A stretch of 64,000 bases of DNA from an uncultured Candidatus Saccharibacteria bacterium (GCA_964594415.1 CAZQLQ010000004.1:19162-83161); one strand, 5' to 3'. Positions 39,140-47,921 are shown, counted from the stretch's first letter. Numbers and translations are program-made. Notes: generated from the sequence alone by a model not told the origin.

Positions 39140-39481
39140 CTAATTTGAACCAAGGGCAACACTAGTGCTATATGGCAAATAATTAATTTTACTGACAGGT
39201 ACCATACCACTGTCCTTTACCCCCTTTTCGATTTCATTTATAGACTGCATACTAGACAGCTCGACGATAAGCATCTCTTGCTGCCTAAGAAGCTCTTTTT
39301 TCTCTTTTTCAAGTTTGGCTATATCGTAACTTTTAAGCGTCATTCTATTGGTCTGAACCATGAAAAGAAAAGATAGTGCCAATACTGATATAATAAAAAC
39401 AAAAGAAACTGCAAGCTTGCCAAGCATTAACTCGGATCTATAATTTCTTTTAAATTTTCTTCTTTTTACCCTGTCTCTCAT
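39140..39481 (-). CDS. ftsL: FtsL-like cell division protein
   Basis: basic N-terminus, TM, coiled coil, GMVP; between rsmH and PBP; SD AAAGGAGG. Confidence 0.7.
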   Translation of the reverse strand: MRDRVKRRKFKRNYRSELMLGKLAVSFVFIISVLALSFLFMVQTNRMTLKSYDIAKLEKEKKELLRQQEMLIVELSSMQSINEIEKGVKDSGMVPVSKINYLPYSTSVALGSN

Positions 39482-39513
39482 ATACCCTCCTTTAGGCACC
39501 CTCCCTAAGCTCT

Positions 39514-40446
39514 TTACAATTTTTCTATAATTCTTAATTTTGCGCTTCTGCTTCTCGGGTTGTTTTTGATCTCTGAATCCGAAGCAACAACTGGCTTTTT
39601 TGTTATTATTTTTATTTCTGGGACCTTACCACAAATACATTTTGGAAACTGCGGAGGACATTCACAGCCTGACGCTTTTTTTACAAAAAAGTCTTTTACA
39701 ATTCTGTCCTCAATAGAGTGAAAACTAATCACTCCGAGTCTTGCTTTCGGCTCTAGAATACTTACCGCCTTAGGCAAAAACCCTATTAAAGAATCTATTT
39801 CTTTATTGACCGTAATCCTTATAGCCTGAAAGGTTTTTGTAGCCGGATGAATATTTTTCGGCCAAAATCTTCTAGGAATTGCTTTTTCAATAATATTTGC
39901 GAGTTCCATGGTTGTAGTTATTCTTTTTAGCTCCCTTTCCCTCGCAATTCTTTCAGCAATCCTTTTCGCAAATTTCTCCTCGCCAAATTCTAGGAAAATT
40001 TTTTCGAGGATCTCTCTACTGAATTCATTTACAACCTTTTCCGCCGTAATCTTTTCATTCTTGTCCATCCTCATATCCAGAGGATCATTCCCTCTGAAGG
40101 AAAAGCCCCTGCTCTTTTCGTCTAACTGATAAGAAGAAACTCCTAAATCTGCTATAATCCCCCCATCAACCTTAAAGCCTTTGGCAGCCTCATCAATCAG
40201 AGAAAAGTTACCATAAAATGGAATGAACCTTTTTCCGAACTCTTTTGACATTATTGAAATAGTAATATCAAGAGCCTCTTCATCTCTATCGATACCTAAA
40301 AGTAAGCCGTTCGGACTGGTTCTGTTTAATATCTCTCTTGCGTGACCGCCGAACCCTAGTGTGGCATCTATAAAGTTTTTATTCTTTTCTGGCTGTAAAT
40401 AAAATAATACCTCTTGTAAAAGAACTGGTATGTGCTTCTGTTTCAT
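39514..40446 (-). CDS. rsmH: 16S rRNA m4C1402 methyltransferase
   Basis: HIPVLL, DATLGFGGH, DLGVSS, LDMRM, NPRSRSAKLR. Confidence 0.97.
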   Translation of the reverse strand: MKQKHIPVLLQEVLFYLQPEKNKNFIDATLGFGGHAREILNRTSPNGLLLGIDRDEEALDITISIMSKEFGKRFIPFYGNFSLIDEAAKGFKVDGGIIADLGVSSYQLDEKSRGFSFRGNDPLDMRMDKNEKITAEKVVNEFSREILEKIFLEFGEEKFAKRIAERIARERELKRITTTMELANIIEKAIPRRFWPKNIHPATKTFQAIRITVNKEIDSLIGFLPKAVSILEPKARLGVISFHSIEDRIVKDFFVKKASGCECPPQFPKCICGKVPEIKIITKKPVVASDSEIKNNPRSRSAKLRIIEKL

Positions 40447-40463
40447 TTTTTCTCCTGAGTATA

Positions 40464-40610
40464 TAGCTAGCAGTCAGAATATTTGTTTAGGTAGAGTTAT
40501 TTTTTGTTTTTGTTTGAATAAATTAGATCGTTTAAAGTAGATTTTTCAATTTAGTTGGGCTAAATTTTTTTGAGGTAGTGTTGTATAAAGTGCGTGCTGG
40601 CTGCTAGCTA
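40464..40610. repeat. 14-bp inverted repeat enclosing a 119-nt spacer
   Basis: TAGCTAGCAGTCAG (40464-40477) and CTGGCTGCTAGCTA (40597-40610), one mismatch. Confidence 0.8.
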
Positions 40611-40630
40611 AACACGCGTGAGAAAAACAA

Positions 40631-41053
40631 CTAAATACCTAGTTCTTCAGCGATATCGATGCTTGACTTTTCAATGTTCTCTTTATATTGATCCCAAGCT
40701 TTGTGATTCCATATCTCAATATGATCACTAAGCCCTGTAACAATAACTGTTCCTGTGAGGTTTGCAAACGAACGTAGCGTCGCGGGTATGTTTACTCTCC
40801 CCTGTTTGTCAATCTCAACTGGAAATGCACTTGCAAGCATAAAACGAGAATATGCTCTAGCGTTTGCTTGAGTTTGTGGAAGCAGGCTTAATTTTTCAAC
40901 CTGCAAACTCCAAGCTTCTTTTGTATACAAAGAAAGACAATTATCCAGGCCCTTCGTAACAACCGCACCCTCCGATAGTTGACCACGAAAACGGACCGGG
41001 ATAGCTAGCCTTCCTTTATCGTCAATATTGTGTTGGTATTCACCTATAAACAT
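40631..41053 (-). CDS. mraZ: transcriptional regulator MraZ
   Basis: MFIGEY, DDKGRL.IP, DKQGRV.IP, IEIW. Confidence 0.97.
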   Translation of the reverse strand: MFIGEYQHNIDDKGRLAIPVRFRGQLSEGAVVTKGLDNCLSLYTKEAWSLQVEKLSLLPQTQANARAYSRFMLASAFPVEIDKQGRVNIPATLRSFANLTGTVIVTGLSDHIEIWNHKAWDQYKENIEKSSIDIAEELGI

Positions 41054-41079
41054 CTTCTGCCTTTTGACTTATTTTATCC

Positions 41080-41113
41080 CCACTTCTCACCACTTTTCAC
41101 CATTATATACCAC
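41080..41113 (-). promoter_or_regulatory. MraZ-binding repeats overlapping the dcw promoter
   Basis: four (G/A)TGG units at 10-bp period; TATAAT at 41107-41102. Confidence 0.8.
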
Positions 41114-41147
41114 CAAGAAGACCATTGTAAAGTATTTTTTTATCATT

Positions 41148-41156
41148 TTATCCACA
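41148..41156 (+). promoter_or_regulatory. DnaA box
   Basis: perfect TTATCCACA; one-mismatch TTATCCCCA at 41074-41082. Confidence 0.65.
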
Positions 41157-41170
41157 GGCTAGGCAAAATA

Positions 41171-41202
41171 TTTAAAAACGACCTAAATAGGTCGTTCTTA
41201 AA
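41171..41202 (-). terminator. terminator after rplA
   Basis: AACGACCTA/TAGGTCGTT hairpin with minus-strand T-run. Confidence 0.75.
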
Positions 41203-41225
41203 TAAACAAATTTTGTTAAACTAAA

Positions 41226-42041
41226 TTAGTTCTTATACGAAACCTTTATCCCTGGACCCATCGTAGTAGCAACCGAAACGCTCTTAATATACGTACCCTT
41301 GATACCACTTGGCTTCACTTTAACAATCGTGTCCATTATCGCATTAAAATTTTCCAACAATTCACTTTCTGAAAACGATGCCTTCCCGATAATTAAATGA
41401 ATTATACCGTTTTTATCTGTTCTATATTCCACCATCCCCTTTTTTATTTCTTTCGTGATACTTCCAACATTCGGGGTAACAGTTCCGACTTTCGGATTCG
41501 GCATCAGGCCCTTTGTTCCAAGAATTTTACCAATTTTACCAAGTTGGGCCATCATATCAGGCGTAGCTACAACTACATCGAAATCGAGCCAACCCTTCTC
41601 AATCTTTGCTATAAGTTCTGCACCGCCTACAAAATCTGCTCCTGCTTCTTTTGCTTCTTTTTCTTTTTCATTACCCACGATCGCACAAACTTTTTTTGTT
41701 TTTCCTGTCCCCGCTGGTAAAACTACACTGCCTCTTACCTGTTGTTCACTATTTTTCAAGTCCAAATTTAGATTTATATGCAATTCTACAGAAGAGTCAA
41801 AATTCGTAGTAGAAGTCTTTTTAGCAAGAGCTATCGCTTCTTCTGCTGTATATAATTTATCTTTTTCAACCAATGTCTGCACTTCTCTATACTTTTTTGA
41901 ATGGCTCTTTTCTGATTTCTTCAATTTATTTTTTGCAGGCTTTACTGCTTTTTCAGTCTTTGTGGCCTTTTGTTTTTTTTCGTCTGCTACCGCAGTGTCC
42001 TTTTCGACCTTCTTGCCTTTTAGTTCTTCTTTTTTTGCCAT
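41226..42041 (-). CDS. rplA: 50S ribosomal protein L1 with K-rich N-terminal extension
   Basis: FDSSVE, LPAGTGK, GLMPNPK.GT, TTMGPG. Confidence 0.97.
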   Translation of the reverse strand: MAKKEELKGKKVEKDTAVADEKKQKATKTEKAVKPAKNKLKKSEKSHSKKYREVQTLVEKDKLYTAEEAIALAKKTSTTNFDSSVELHINLNLDLKNSEQQVRGSVVLPAGTGKTKKVCAIVGNEKEKEAKEAGADFVGGAELIAKIEKGWLDFDVVVATPDMMAQLGKIGKILGTKGLMPNPKVGTVTPNVGSITKEIKKGMVEYRTDKNGIIHLIIGKASFSESELLENFNAIMDTIVKVKPSGIKGTYIKSVSVATTMGPGIKVSYKN

Positions 42042-42053
42042 GTCTACTCCTTT

Positions 42054-42080
42054 GTGGTTTTAACGACTTGCATCTCCCAC
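42054..42080 (-). promoter_or_regulatory. L1-binding autoregulatory RNA element upstream of rplA
   Basis: GTGGGAG...TAAAACCAC stem with asymmetric loop directly before SD AAAGGAG. Confidence 0.7.
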
Positions 42081-42093
42081 TTATTTAGATTAA

Positions 42094-42519
42094 TTATTTT
42101 TCTACCTCTATTCCCATTGAACGAGCAGTCCCAGCAATAATCTTCTCTGCTTGTTCGATAGAATTTGCATTCAAATCTTCAAATTTGTTTTCAGCAATTT
42201 TTCTAACTTGTTCTTTGGTTAATTTTCCTACTTTTTCCTTCTTCACTGAACTGGAAGCTTTTTGCAAATTTAACTCTTTTTTGATAAGTACTGCTGCTGG
42301 TGGCTTCTTCATAATGAAGTCAAACGAACGGTCTTCATAGACTGAAATAACACAAGGAATCACGATACCCATCTGTTCTCTGGTCTTTTCGTTAAATTGA
42401 TTACAAAAATCCATGATATTGATACCCAAAGGCCCTAATGCAGTACCAACCGGAGGCGCAGGAGTTGCCTTACCTCCTTCAACTTGTAGTTTTACTTTTC
42501 TCAATATTTTCTTTGCCAT
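42094..42519 (-). CDS. rplK: 50S ribosomal protein L11
   Basis: [18 protein letters not shown]. Confidence 0.98.
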   Translation of the reverse strand: MAKKILRKVKLQVEGGKATPAPPVGTALGPLGINIMDFCNQFNEKTREQMGIVIPCVISVYEDRSFDFIMKKPPAAVLIKKELNLQKASSSVKKEKVGKLTKEQVRKIAENKFEDLNANSIEQAEKIIAGTARSMGIEVEK

Positions 42520-42551
42520 ATTTACTCCTTAAACTATCTTAAATACCGTTA

Positions 42552-43094
42552 CTAGATCTTTTTTACCTGTAGAGAATCAAGTTCAACCGGTGTTTCTCTA
42601 CCAAACATATTAACCATAATACGAACCTTCCCCTTCTCTTGATCGACTTCATAAACAGCTCCGTCAAAGCTCTTAAAGGGCCCGTCAATAATACTCACTA
42701 AATCGCCCCTCACTAAATCAATTTGGAACTTAGGTTCTTCAATACCCATTCTCTTCTGAATCAGAGTAACTTCTGTCTCACTCATCGGAATCGGTGTAAT
42801 TCCGGAGCCGATAAACCCTGTTACCTGAGGAGTATTTCGAACCACATACCAACTTTCGTCAGTAATCAGCATATCAACAATTACGTAACCTGGGAAAATA
42901 CGTTTTTCTACGGTTTTTCTACGGCCATTTTTAATTTCAATCGTCTTTTCTTTTGGTACAATCACATCAAAAATACTGTCTTCCATATTTAACGACTTGA
43001 TTCTTTGTCTCAAGCTGTCAGCTACTTTTTCTTCGTATCCAGAATAAGTATGAATCACGTACCAATGCCTACCCTCACTTTGTTGTTTTGACAT
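42552..43094 (-). CDS. nusG: transcription factor NusG
   Basis: WYVIHTYSGYE, FPGY, GPF, FGRETPVEL. Confidence 0.98.
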   Translation of the reverse strand: MSKQQSEGRHWYVIHTYSGYEEKVADSLRQRIKSLNMEDSIFDVIVPKEKTIEIKNGRRKTVEKRIFPGYVIVDMLITDESWYVVRNTPQVTGFIGSGITPIPMSETEVTLIQKRMGIEEPKFQIDLVRGDLVSIIDGPFKSFDGAVYEVDQEKGKVRIMVNMFGRETPVELDSLQVKKI

Positions 43095-43112
43095 AAAAAC
43101 TCCTACCTCGAA

Positions 43113-43325
43113 TTAAAGCTTTAAGTTAATGAAATATGCGAGAACTCTGCCAAGAATGAAGTCGAATAATCCCAAGAAAGCGCCTACGATAACCGAAATT
43201 AAGACTACCGCAAAAGTCATTTGAGCCACCTGCTTTCTGCTTGGCCAAACCACCTTAACCAGTTCGTCCTTTGATTCCTTGAAATAACCAAATATTTTCC
43301 CGAATATTCTTTTTAGTTTTTTCAT
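43113..43325 (-). CDS. secE: preprotein translocase SecE
   Basis: ELVKVVWP plus single TM, upstream of nusG. Confidence 0.95.
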   Translation of the reverse strand: MKKLKRIFGKIFGYFKESKDELVKVVWPSRKQVAQMTFAVVLISVIVGAFLGLFDFILGRVLAYFINLKL

Positions 43326-43373
43326 ACTCCCTCTTTCTTGTATTTTAAAAAAGCCTCTCGGCTTCGTACTTAA

Positions 43374-43402
43374 ATATTACCTAATTTCCGGCAATTTGTC
43401 AA
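43374..43402 (-). promoter_or_regulatory. promoter of secE-nusG-rplK-rplA
   Basis: TTGACA-17-TAATAT. Confidence 0.7.
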
Positions 43403-43431
43403 TTGTTTTCTTGAGACCTTTACCAGACTCC

Positions 43432-43944
43432 TCAGTTGCTTAAGTCTATGCTAAAGAATAAGGTCTCCTCATCCTTTCTGATTGAAATTCCGCCGTTTCT
43501 TTCAATTACCTTTTTCGAGCCTACATTATTTTTGTTGCATTGCACCCTAACACTAATTAGTTCTAACTTTTTACACTCTAAAAGTGCCAATCTAAACATT
43601 TCGCTTCCATAGCCCTTTCCTCTTTCGCTTGGCCTAATAGTAAAACCAATATTACCTGAATGTATGGCCCAATACCTATTCAAAACGGGTCTTATGGCTA
43701 TTCTTCCGACAGGATAATCTCCTTTATAAAAAACATAATTTACCTTCTGAATTCGTTTTTTCTTCATGCCAACACCACTTCCCTCATCAACTCTGGATTT
43801 CAGATAATCTTTAAATTCTTCAAAAGTCAGTCCATTAGCTTCATTTTCGCTACCAGTTTCTTCTGCTGGTATTTCTTGAAACATATCATATTCCATTTTG
43901 GCCATATTCAAATCTATTTTTCTTAAATATGAATTTGGTTTCAA
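43432..43944 (-). CDS. GNAT acetyltransferase (RimJ/RimL-like)
   Basis: GNIGFTIRPSERGKGYG, N.GS.KVIERNGG. Confidence 0.88.
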   Translation of the reverse strand: MKPNSYLRKIDLNMAKMEYDMFQEIPAEETGSENEANGLTFEEFKDYLKSRVDEGSGVGMKKKRIQKVNYVFYKGDYPVGRIAIRPVLNRYWAIHSGNIGFTIRPSERGKGYGSEMFRLALLECKKLELISVRVQCNKNNVGSKKVIERNGGISIRKDEETLFFSIDLSN

Positions 43945-44558
43945 CTTAACATCCTTTCAAGCACTTCGGTTACTTTCTGAATGTCACTTTCGCTTTTATC
44001 TACATCAATAACCGGAAAATCAAATTGTTTAGCTTCGTCTCTAATGATTTCGTCGAAAAGACGGACCCATTCAACTTCTTTCTCTTTTAATAAGTCAGAA
44101 TAGTCATTTGGATTCCCAAATAGGCCACGAGAAAATATAGTTTCTCTTGTTCTATCTATGTTACGATCTGAAATAAATATCGATTTTATATAAGTGTTTC
44201 TTGACTGTTCAATTGCTGCAAGTTTAGGTAAAATTCCTACTCCCTCTACAATAAAACCTTCAAGCCAAACCCAATTTTTATGGAACATGGCCTCAACGCC
44301 TGGCCAAGTAGCTATACCGCTTTCATATTCGTTTTGTGCTATTTGACTGGCTGAAAATTTAGTAAGATATTCTTCTGCAGAATAACCATCCCAAGGCATT
44401 ATTTTTGATTTTTCGTCTAAATTGACTACAGATAACATAATTTTGCGTATTAAATCAGTAGAAATCCAGGGGATATTAAGGCTGCTGGACAGCTCTTTTG
44501 CAATGGTCGTCTTTCCCGCCGTTGGCATTCCACCAATAAGAATTATTTTTCTATCCAT
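43941..44558 (-). CDS. P-loop small-molecule kinase-like protein
   Basis: IILIGGMPTAGKTT, ISTDLIR, IVEG. Confidence 0.8.
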   Translation of the reverse strand: MDRKIILIGGMPTAGKTTIAKELSSSLNIPWISTDLIRKIMLSVVNLDEKSKIMPWDGYSAEEYLTKFSASQIAQNEYESGIATWPGVEAMFHKNWVWLEGFIVEGVGILPKLAAIEQSRNTYIKSIFISDRNIDRTRETIFSRGLFGNPNDYSDLLKEKEVEWVRLFDEIIRDEAKQFDFPVIDVDKSESDIQKVTEVLERMLS

Positions 44559-44968
44559 AAATACATTCCATCCATATTCTCTGGTTTATATTTAAAGCCG
44601 AGTCTTTGATAAAACTCTTTCATTCCATAAGTTGGACATAGTTCAATAATAAATTTTTCGTCTTTCTTGGTGTATTCATTTATATATTTCAAAACATCAT
44701 TAACAAGTGCGGAACCTATCCCTCTTCGTTGATATCTAGGCAAAACAACTACATCGGTTAGCAGACCGTGGGCTCCAAAATCACCAACCAATCTAGCCAT
44801 TCCGACTGCCTCATTATCAACAATAGCTCTTACGGTATGCATTGTGTGCTTAAGAGCTCTTTCTACCTGTTCTTCAGTAAGAGCTTTCCAACCAATCGAA
44901 TCCACTAACTTTAAGTAGTCGCTTGCCTCTAGATTATTATCAATAATCAAATTCATTTGCATATTCAT
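44543..44968 (-). CDS. GNAT acetyltransferase
   Basis: VGMARLVGD, DVVV.P.YQRRGIG, FYQRLGF. Confidence 0.9.
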   Translation of the reverse strand: MNMQMNLIIDNNLEASDYLKLVDSIGWKALTEEQVERALKHTMHTVRAIVDNEAVGMARLVGDFGAHGLLTDVVVLPRYQRRGIGSALVNDVLKYINEYTKKDEKFIIELCPTYGMKEFYQRLGFKYKPENMDGMYLWIEK

Positions 44969-45399
44969 TATTTGATCTCTTTAATATAGCCCGTAATTTC
45001 ACCATCATCAGAAACTACTTTAAATCCGTTTTTAATTAAAAATCTTTTGCAGTCTAAATTATTACTATCTACACCAGCAAATAACTTGTCAGTAGTAGAT
45101 GATAGCAGATGTGTCTCAATTAGTTTTAGAAGCTTGCTGCCATGCCCCCTTCTTCGTAACTTAGGATCAATCCCCGTACCAAAGCTCGCTGTGTTATTGG
45201 CAGTTATTTCTATATCTACAAAGCCAATAAATTTCCGTTTCTCCACAACGGCGAATGCAAATCTTTTTTCGTTATCAACTAAGGAGAACCAATTATTAAC
45301 GTCTGAATACCAGGTAATAAACTGGTTTCCAGAAATGTCTTCCTCAAACCAACTTTCCAGTTTCTTAATATAGAAAGGATTAAACCTTACAAGTTTCAT
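44968..45399 (-). CDS. GNAT acetyltransferase
   Basis: IDPKLRRRGHG, N....FL.KNGF. Confidence 0.85.
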   Translation of the reverse strand: MKLVRFNPFYIKKLESWFEEDISGNQFITWYSDVNNWFSLVDNEKRFAFAVVEKRKFIGFVDIEITANNTASFGTGIDPKLRRRGHGSKLLKLIETHLLSSTTDKLFAGVDSNNLDCKRFLIKNGFKVVSDDGEITGYIKEIK

Positions 45400-45437
45400 T
45401 TTTTTAATAATTAGATATTAACAATTGTGCTTTTGAG

Positions 45438-45511
45438 TGGCAGGGGCGGCAGGAATCGAACCCGCAATAAAGGTTTTGGAGACCCTCGTTATACCATTTA
45501 ACTACGCCCCT
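45438..45511 (-). tRNA. tRNA-Trp(CCA)
   Basis: AGGGGCG/CGCCCCT stem, CTCCAAA loop, GGTTCGATTCC, encoded CCA. Confidence 0.96.
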
Positions 45512-45532
45512 ACGAAAATAACAGCATAGCTG

Positions 45533-45703
45533 TTATTTAGTTTCTCTGTGAAGAGTATGTTTTTTCTCTCTCTTGCAGAACTTGTTTACTTCAAGCCTAC
45601 CAGTCGTATTGCGGGTATTCTTAGTGGTAGCATAATTACGCTCTTTGCACTCAGTACATTCTAGCGTAATTACCGGCCTGATGTCTTTTTTCTTACTAGC
45701 CAT
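45533..45703 (-). CDS. rpmG: 50S ribosomal protein L33
   Basis: [27 protein letters not shown]; SD GAAAGG. Confidence 0.96.
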   Translation of the reverse strand: MASKKKDIRPVITLECTECKERNYATTKNTRNTTGRLEVNKFCKREKKHTLHRETK

Positions 45704-45858
45704 TGCTTTCCTTTCAGATAATATCTTAATTAATTCATTATTTGATTTATAATTCGCTCTCGAGAAAATTTCCAATTTTCGCGAAAAAGGAGCAATCGCG
45801 ATAAGGTGAAGCAGTCAGCCTAAGGATGATCTGCGTAACCTGACAGCGAATTGTGACG

Positions 45859-45934
45859 TGGAGCCCACCACCGGGATTGAACCGGTGACCTCATCCTTAC
45901 CATGGATGCGCTCTACCAACTGAGCTAGGTGGGC
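45859..45934 (-). tRNA. tRNA-Thr(GGT)
   Basis: GCCCACC/GGTGGGC stem, CATCC-ATGGTAA-GGATG arm, encoded CCA. Confidence 0.95.
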
Positions 45935-46143
45935 TCGTCGCCACTCGCTGACGTGCTTCACAAGTTGCCTAGCGCCAATTGTTGCGCACTTTCGCAGTGT
46001 CTCCTCTTCCCCTAAAAATCTTTGATTTTTGGGGACCCCTTTTATTCAGAAAAATTTATAATTTTTCTGATAAGGAATAATTTACTTAAAGGTGTAGTAG
46101 TTCGCTTTAGCGAATCTACATAACCTGACTGTAAATTATGACG

Positions 46144-46229
46144 TGGTGGGGAGGGAGGGATTCGAACCCCCGAAGGCGTATGCCAGCAGATTTACAGTCT
46201 GCCCCGTTTGACCGCTCCGGTACCTCCCC
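46144..46229 (-). tRNA. tRNA-Tyr(GTA)
   Basis: GCAGA-CTGTAAA-TCTGC arm, long variable arm, encoded CCA. Confidence 0.96.
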
Positions 46230-46400
46230 AAGTTTTTTTGTCACTCTAATAACCGACAAACACTTTCTTTGTCGGAAGAAGTTTACGCTTTTTCTCCGTT
46301 TCGACAAAATTTACCTAATTTTGTCGACAAAGGAAGCGAAGCGAAAGCCCGAAGCACTTTTCCTTAGAAAACGTACGAAGGGCGTCAGCTACCGCTGACG

Positions 46401-46475
46401 TGGAGCCGATGGTCGGACTCGAACCGACGACCGACTGTTTACAAAACAGTTGCTCTACCACTGAGCTACATCGGC
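46401..46475 (-). tRNA. tRNA-Thr(TGT)
   Basis: GCCGATG/CATCGGC stem, ACTGT-TTTGTAA-ACAGT arm, encoded CCA. Confidence 0.96.
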
Positions 46476-46495
46476 ATTAACTTTTTAACTTAGAT

Positions 46496-46524
46496 ATTAT
46501 ATAAAAAAAGTCAACTATAGTCAA
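46496..46524 (-). promoter_or_regulatory. promoter of the tRNA operon
   Basis: TTGACT-17-TATAAT. Confidence 0.8.
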
Positions 46525-46531
46525 TGGTTCG

Positions 46532-47263
46532 TCATGCCTTGAGTCTGGTCAACCTTCTTTGAACATCTGCATTATTTGGCTCCTTTTCAAGTATTTTCTC
46601 AAGTGCTTTTATGAGAAGCTGCCTATCGCCTACATTCTTTGCTGCCGTAGCTAATTCTTCTAGATAAGCAACTTTTGGCTCTAGAGCTATCGCACTTTCA
46701 AGAGCTTTGATTTGAACCTTATAATTCTTTATTCTACTTGCTGCTAAAGCAAGATTTGCGTATCTATGAGAGATTTGTGTATTAAGAGCAACGGAACTCT
46801 CGTAGGCTTTCATAGCTTCATCATATCTTTTAAGGTTAAAATAGCACATTCCCAAATTATTGAAAGCAACATCGTTTGTAGGATCAAGCTCGCATATCTT
46901 CTCAAAAACTTCGGCAGCGCCCTCAAATTCGTCGTCTTCTAAATATATAAGACCAAGGCCTTGATATGCTTTAATGTTTTTTGGATCTTCTTTAATAATA
47001 CTAAGGTACTTTTTCTCAGCTTGTTTGAATTCGTTACTCTTAAAAAGCTTACTTGCTTCAGTAACTACTGACTTAAGCTGCTTCTCCATCTTTTTCTCAA
47101 TCTGCTCGGCGTCTAAAACCTCTTGGATTCTTTCGCTAATCTCTCGAATTTCTCGCTTTTGACCTACGATTATCTCTGTGTCATTTGATTTTGTCTTACT
47201 CGCAACATAAAGTACAAACATACCAACAGCCAATATTAGTAAATAAGAAAAGATTAATGTCAT
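46532..47263 (-). CDS. membrane-anchored TPR protein
   Basis: N-terminal TM; repeated TPR pattern (DP.N..AY..LG..Y). Confidence 0.88.
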   Translation of the reverse strand: MTLIFSYLLILAVGMFVLYVASKTKSNDTEIIVGQKREIREISERIQEVLDAEQIEKKMEKQLKSVVTEASKLFKSNEFKQAEKKYLSIIKEDPKNIKAYQGLGLIYLEDDEFEGAAEVFEKICELDPTNDVAFNNLGMCYFNLKRYDEAMKAYESSVALNTQISHRYANLALAASRIKNYKVQIKALESAIALEPKVAYLEELATAAKNVGDRQLLIKALEKILEKEPNNADVQRRLTRLKA

Positions 47264-47913
47264 TTTTTGGCTTTCCCTTTCGAGTTGTTGGCCTCAAACG
47301 CCAAACAACACATTAATCGGTTGCAAACGCCGGTCACCTTGTTTACATTCACATTTGTTTCATATTGATCCCTTGCCATATCCATAGTCACGCTATCCAT
47401 CCTTGTCATAAATCTCCTACAACAAAGCTGTTCACCACATATGCCATATCCACCAAGGAGCTTTGCTTCGTCCCTTGGACCGATTTGCCGCATAATAACT
47501 TGCTTCTTAGTAACTCTAGAAAGTTCCTTAATAAGATCCTTAAAAAAAATCCTTTTTTCAGAAACAAAATAAAATACTACTTTTTCGCCATCAAATGAAT
47601 ACTCCGAGTGTACAGGCTTCATTTCTAGTCCCGACTTAGCTACTCTATCCTTAAAGTCTTTTAAAAAGATGGCCCCATCAGATTTCATCTTTTCTCCCCT
47701 CGCCAAATCCTTAGCATCTGCAATTCTAATTATTTCGCTTATCTGTTCTTCTGAATTGCCCTTAATCTCCTTATCTACATAGACTACCCTACCAATTTCT
47801 GGACCTTGAAAAGATTCAACGATAACCCAGTCTCTTGGCTCTACTTTATAAAGTCCGGGCAAAAAATCATAAATCTTAATTGCTGAATTGAATTGAACTC
47901 CTATTACCTTCAT
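47260..47913 (-). CDS. PSP1 C-terminal domain protein (YaaT/RicT-like)
   Basis: RQIGPRDEAK..GG.G.CG..LCC, G.C.RLMCCL; follows holB. Confidence 0.9.
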   Translation of the reverse strand: MKVIGVQFNSAIKIYDFLPGLYKVEPRDWVIVESFQGPEIGRVVYVDKEIKGNSEEQISEIIRIADAKDLARGEKMKSDGAIFLKDFKDRVAKSGLEMKPVHSEYSFDGEKVVFYFVSEKRIFFKDLIKELSRVTKKQVIMRQIGPRDEAKLLGGYGICGEQLCCRRFMTRMDSVTMDMARDQYETNVNVNKVTGVCNRLMCCLAFEANNSKGKAKK

Positions 47914-47921
47914 TATTATCC

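Noticed and set aside
41148-41156. Replication origin
   Set aside because: Only one perfect DnaA box, no dnaA/dnaN nearby, and genes converge rather than diverge in this window
45704-46398. ORFs 46116..46307 and 46138..46398 and the long N-terminus of the rpmG ORF
   Set aside because: They overlap tRNA-Tyr and structured spacers; rpmG has an SD-supported ATG at 45703
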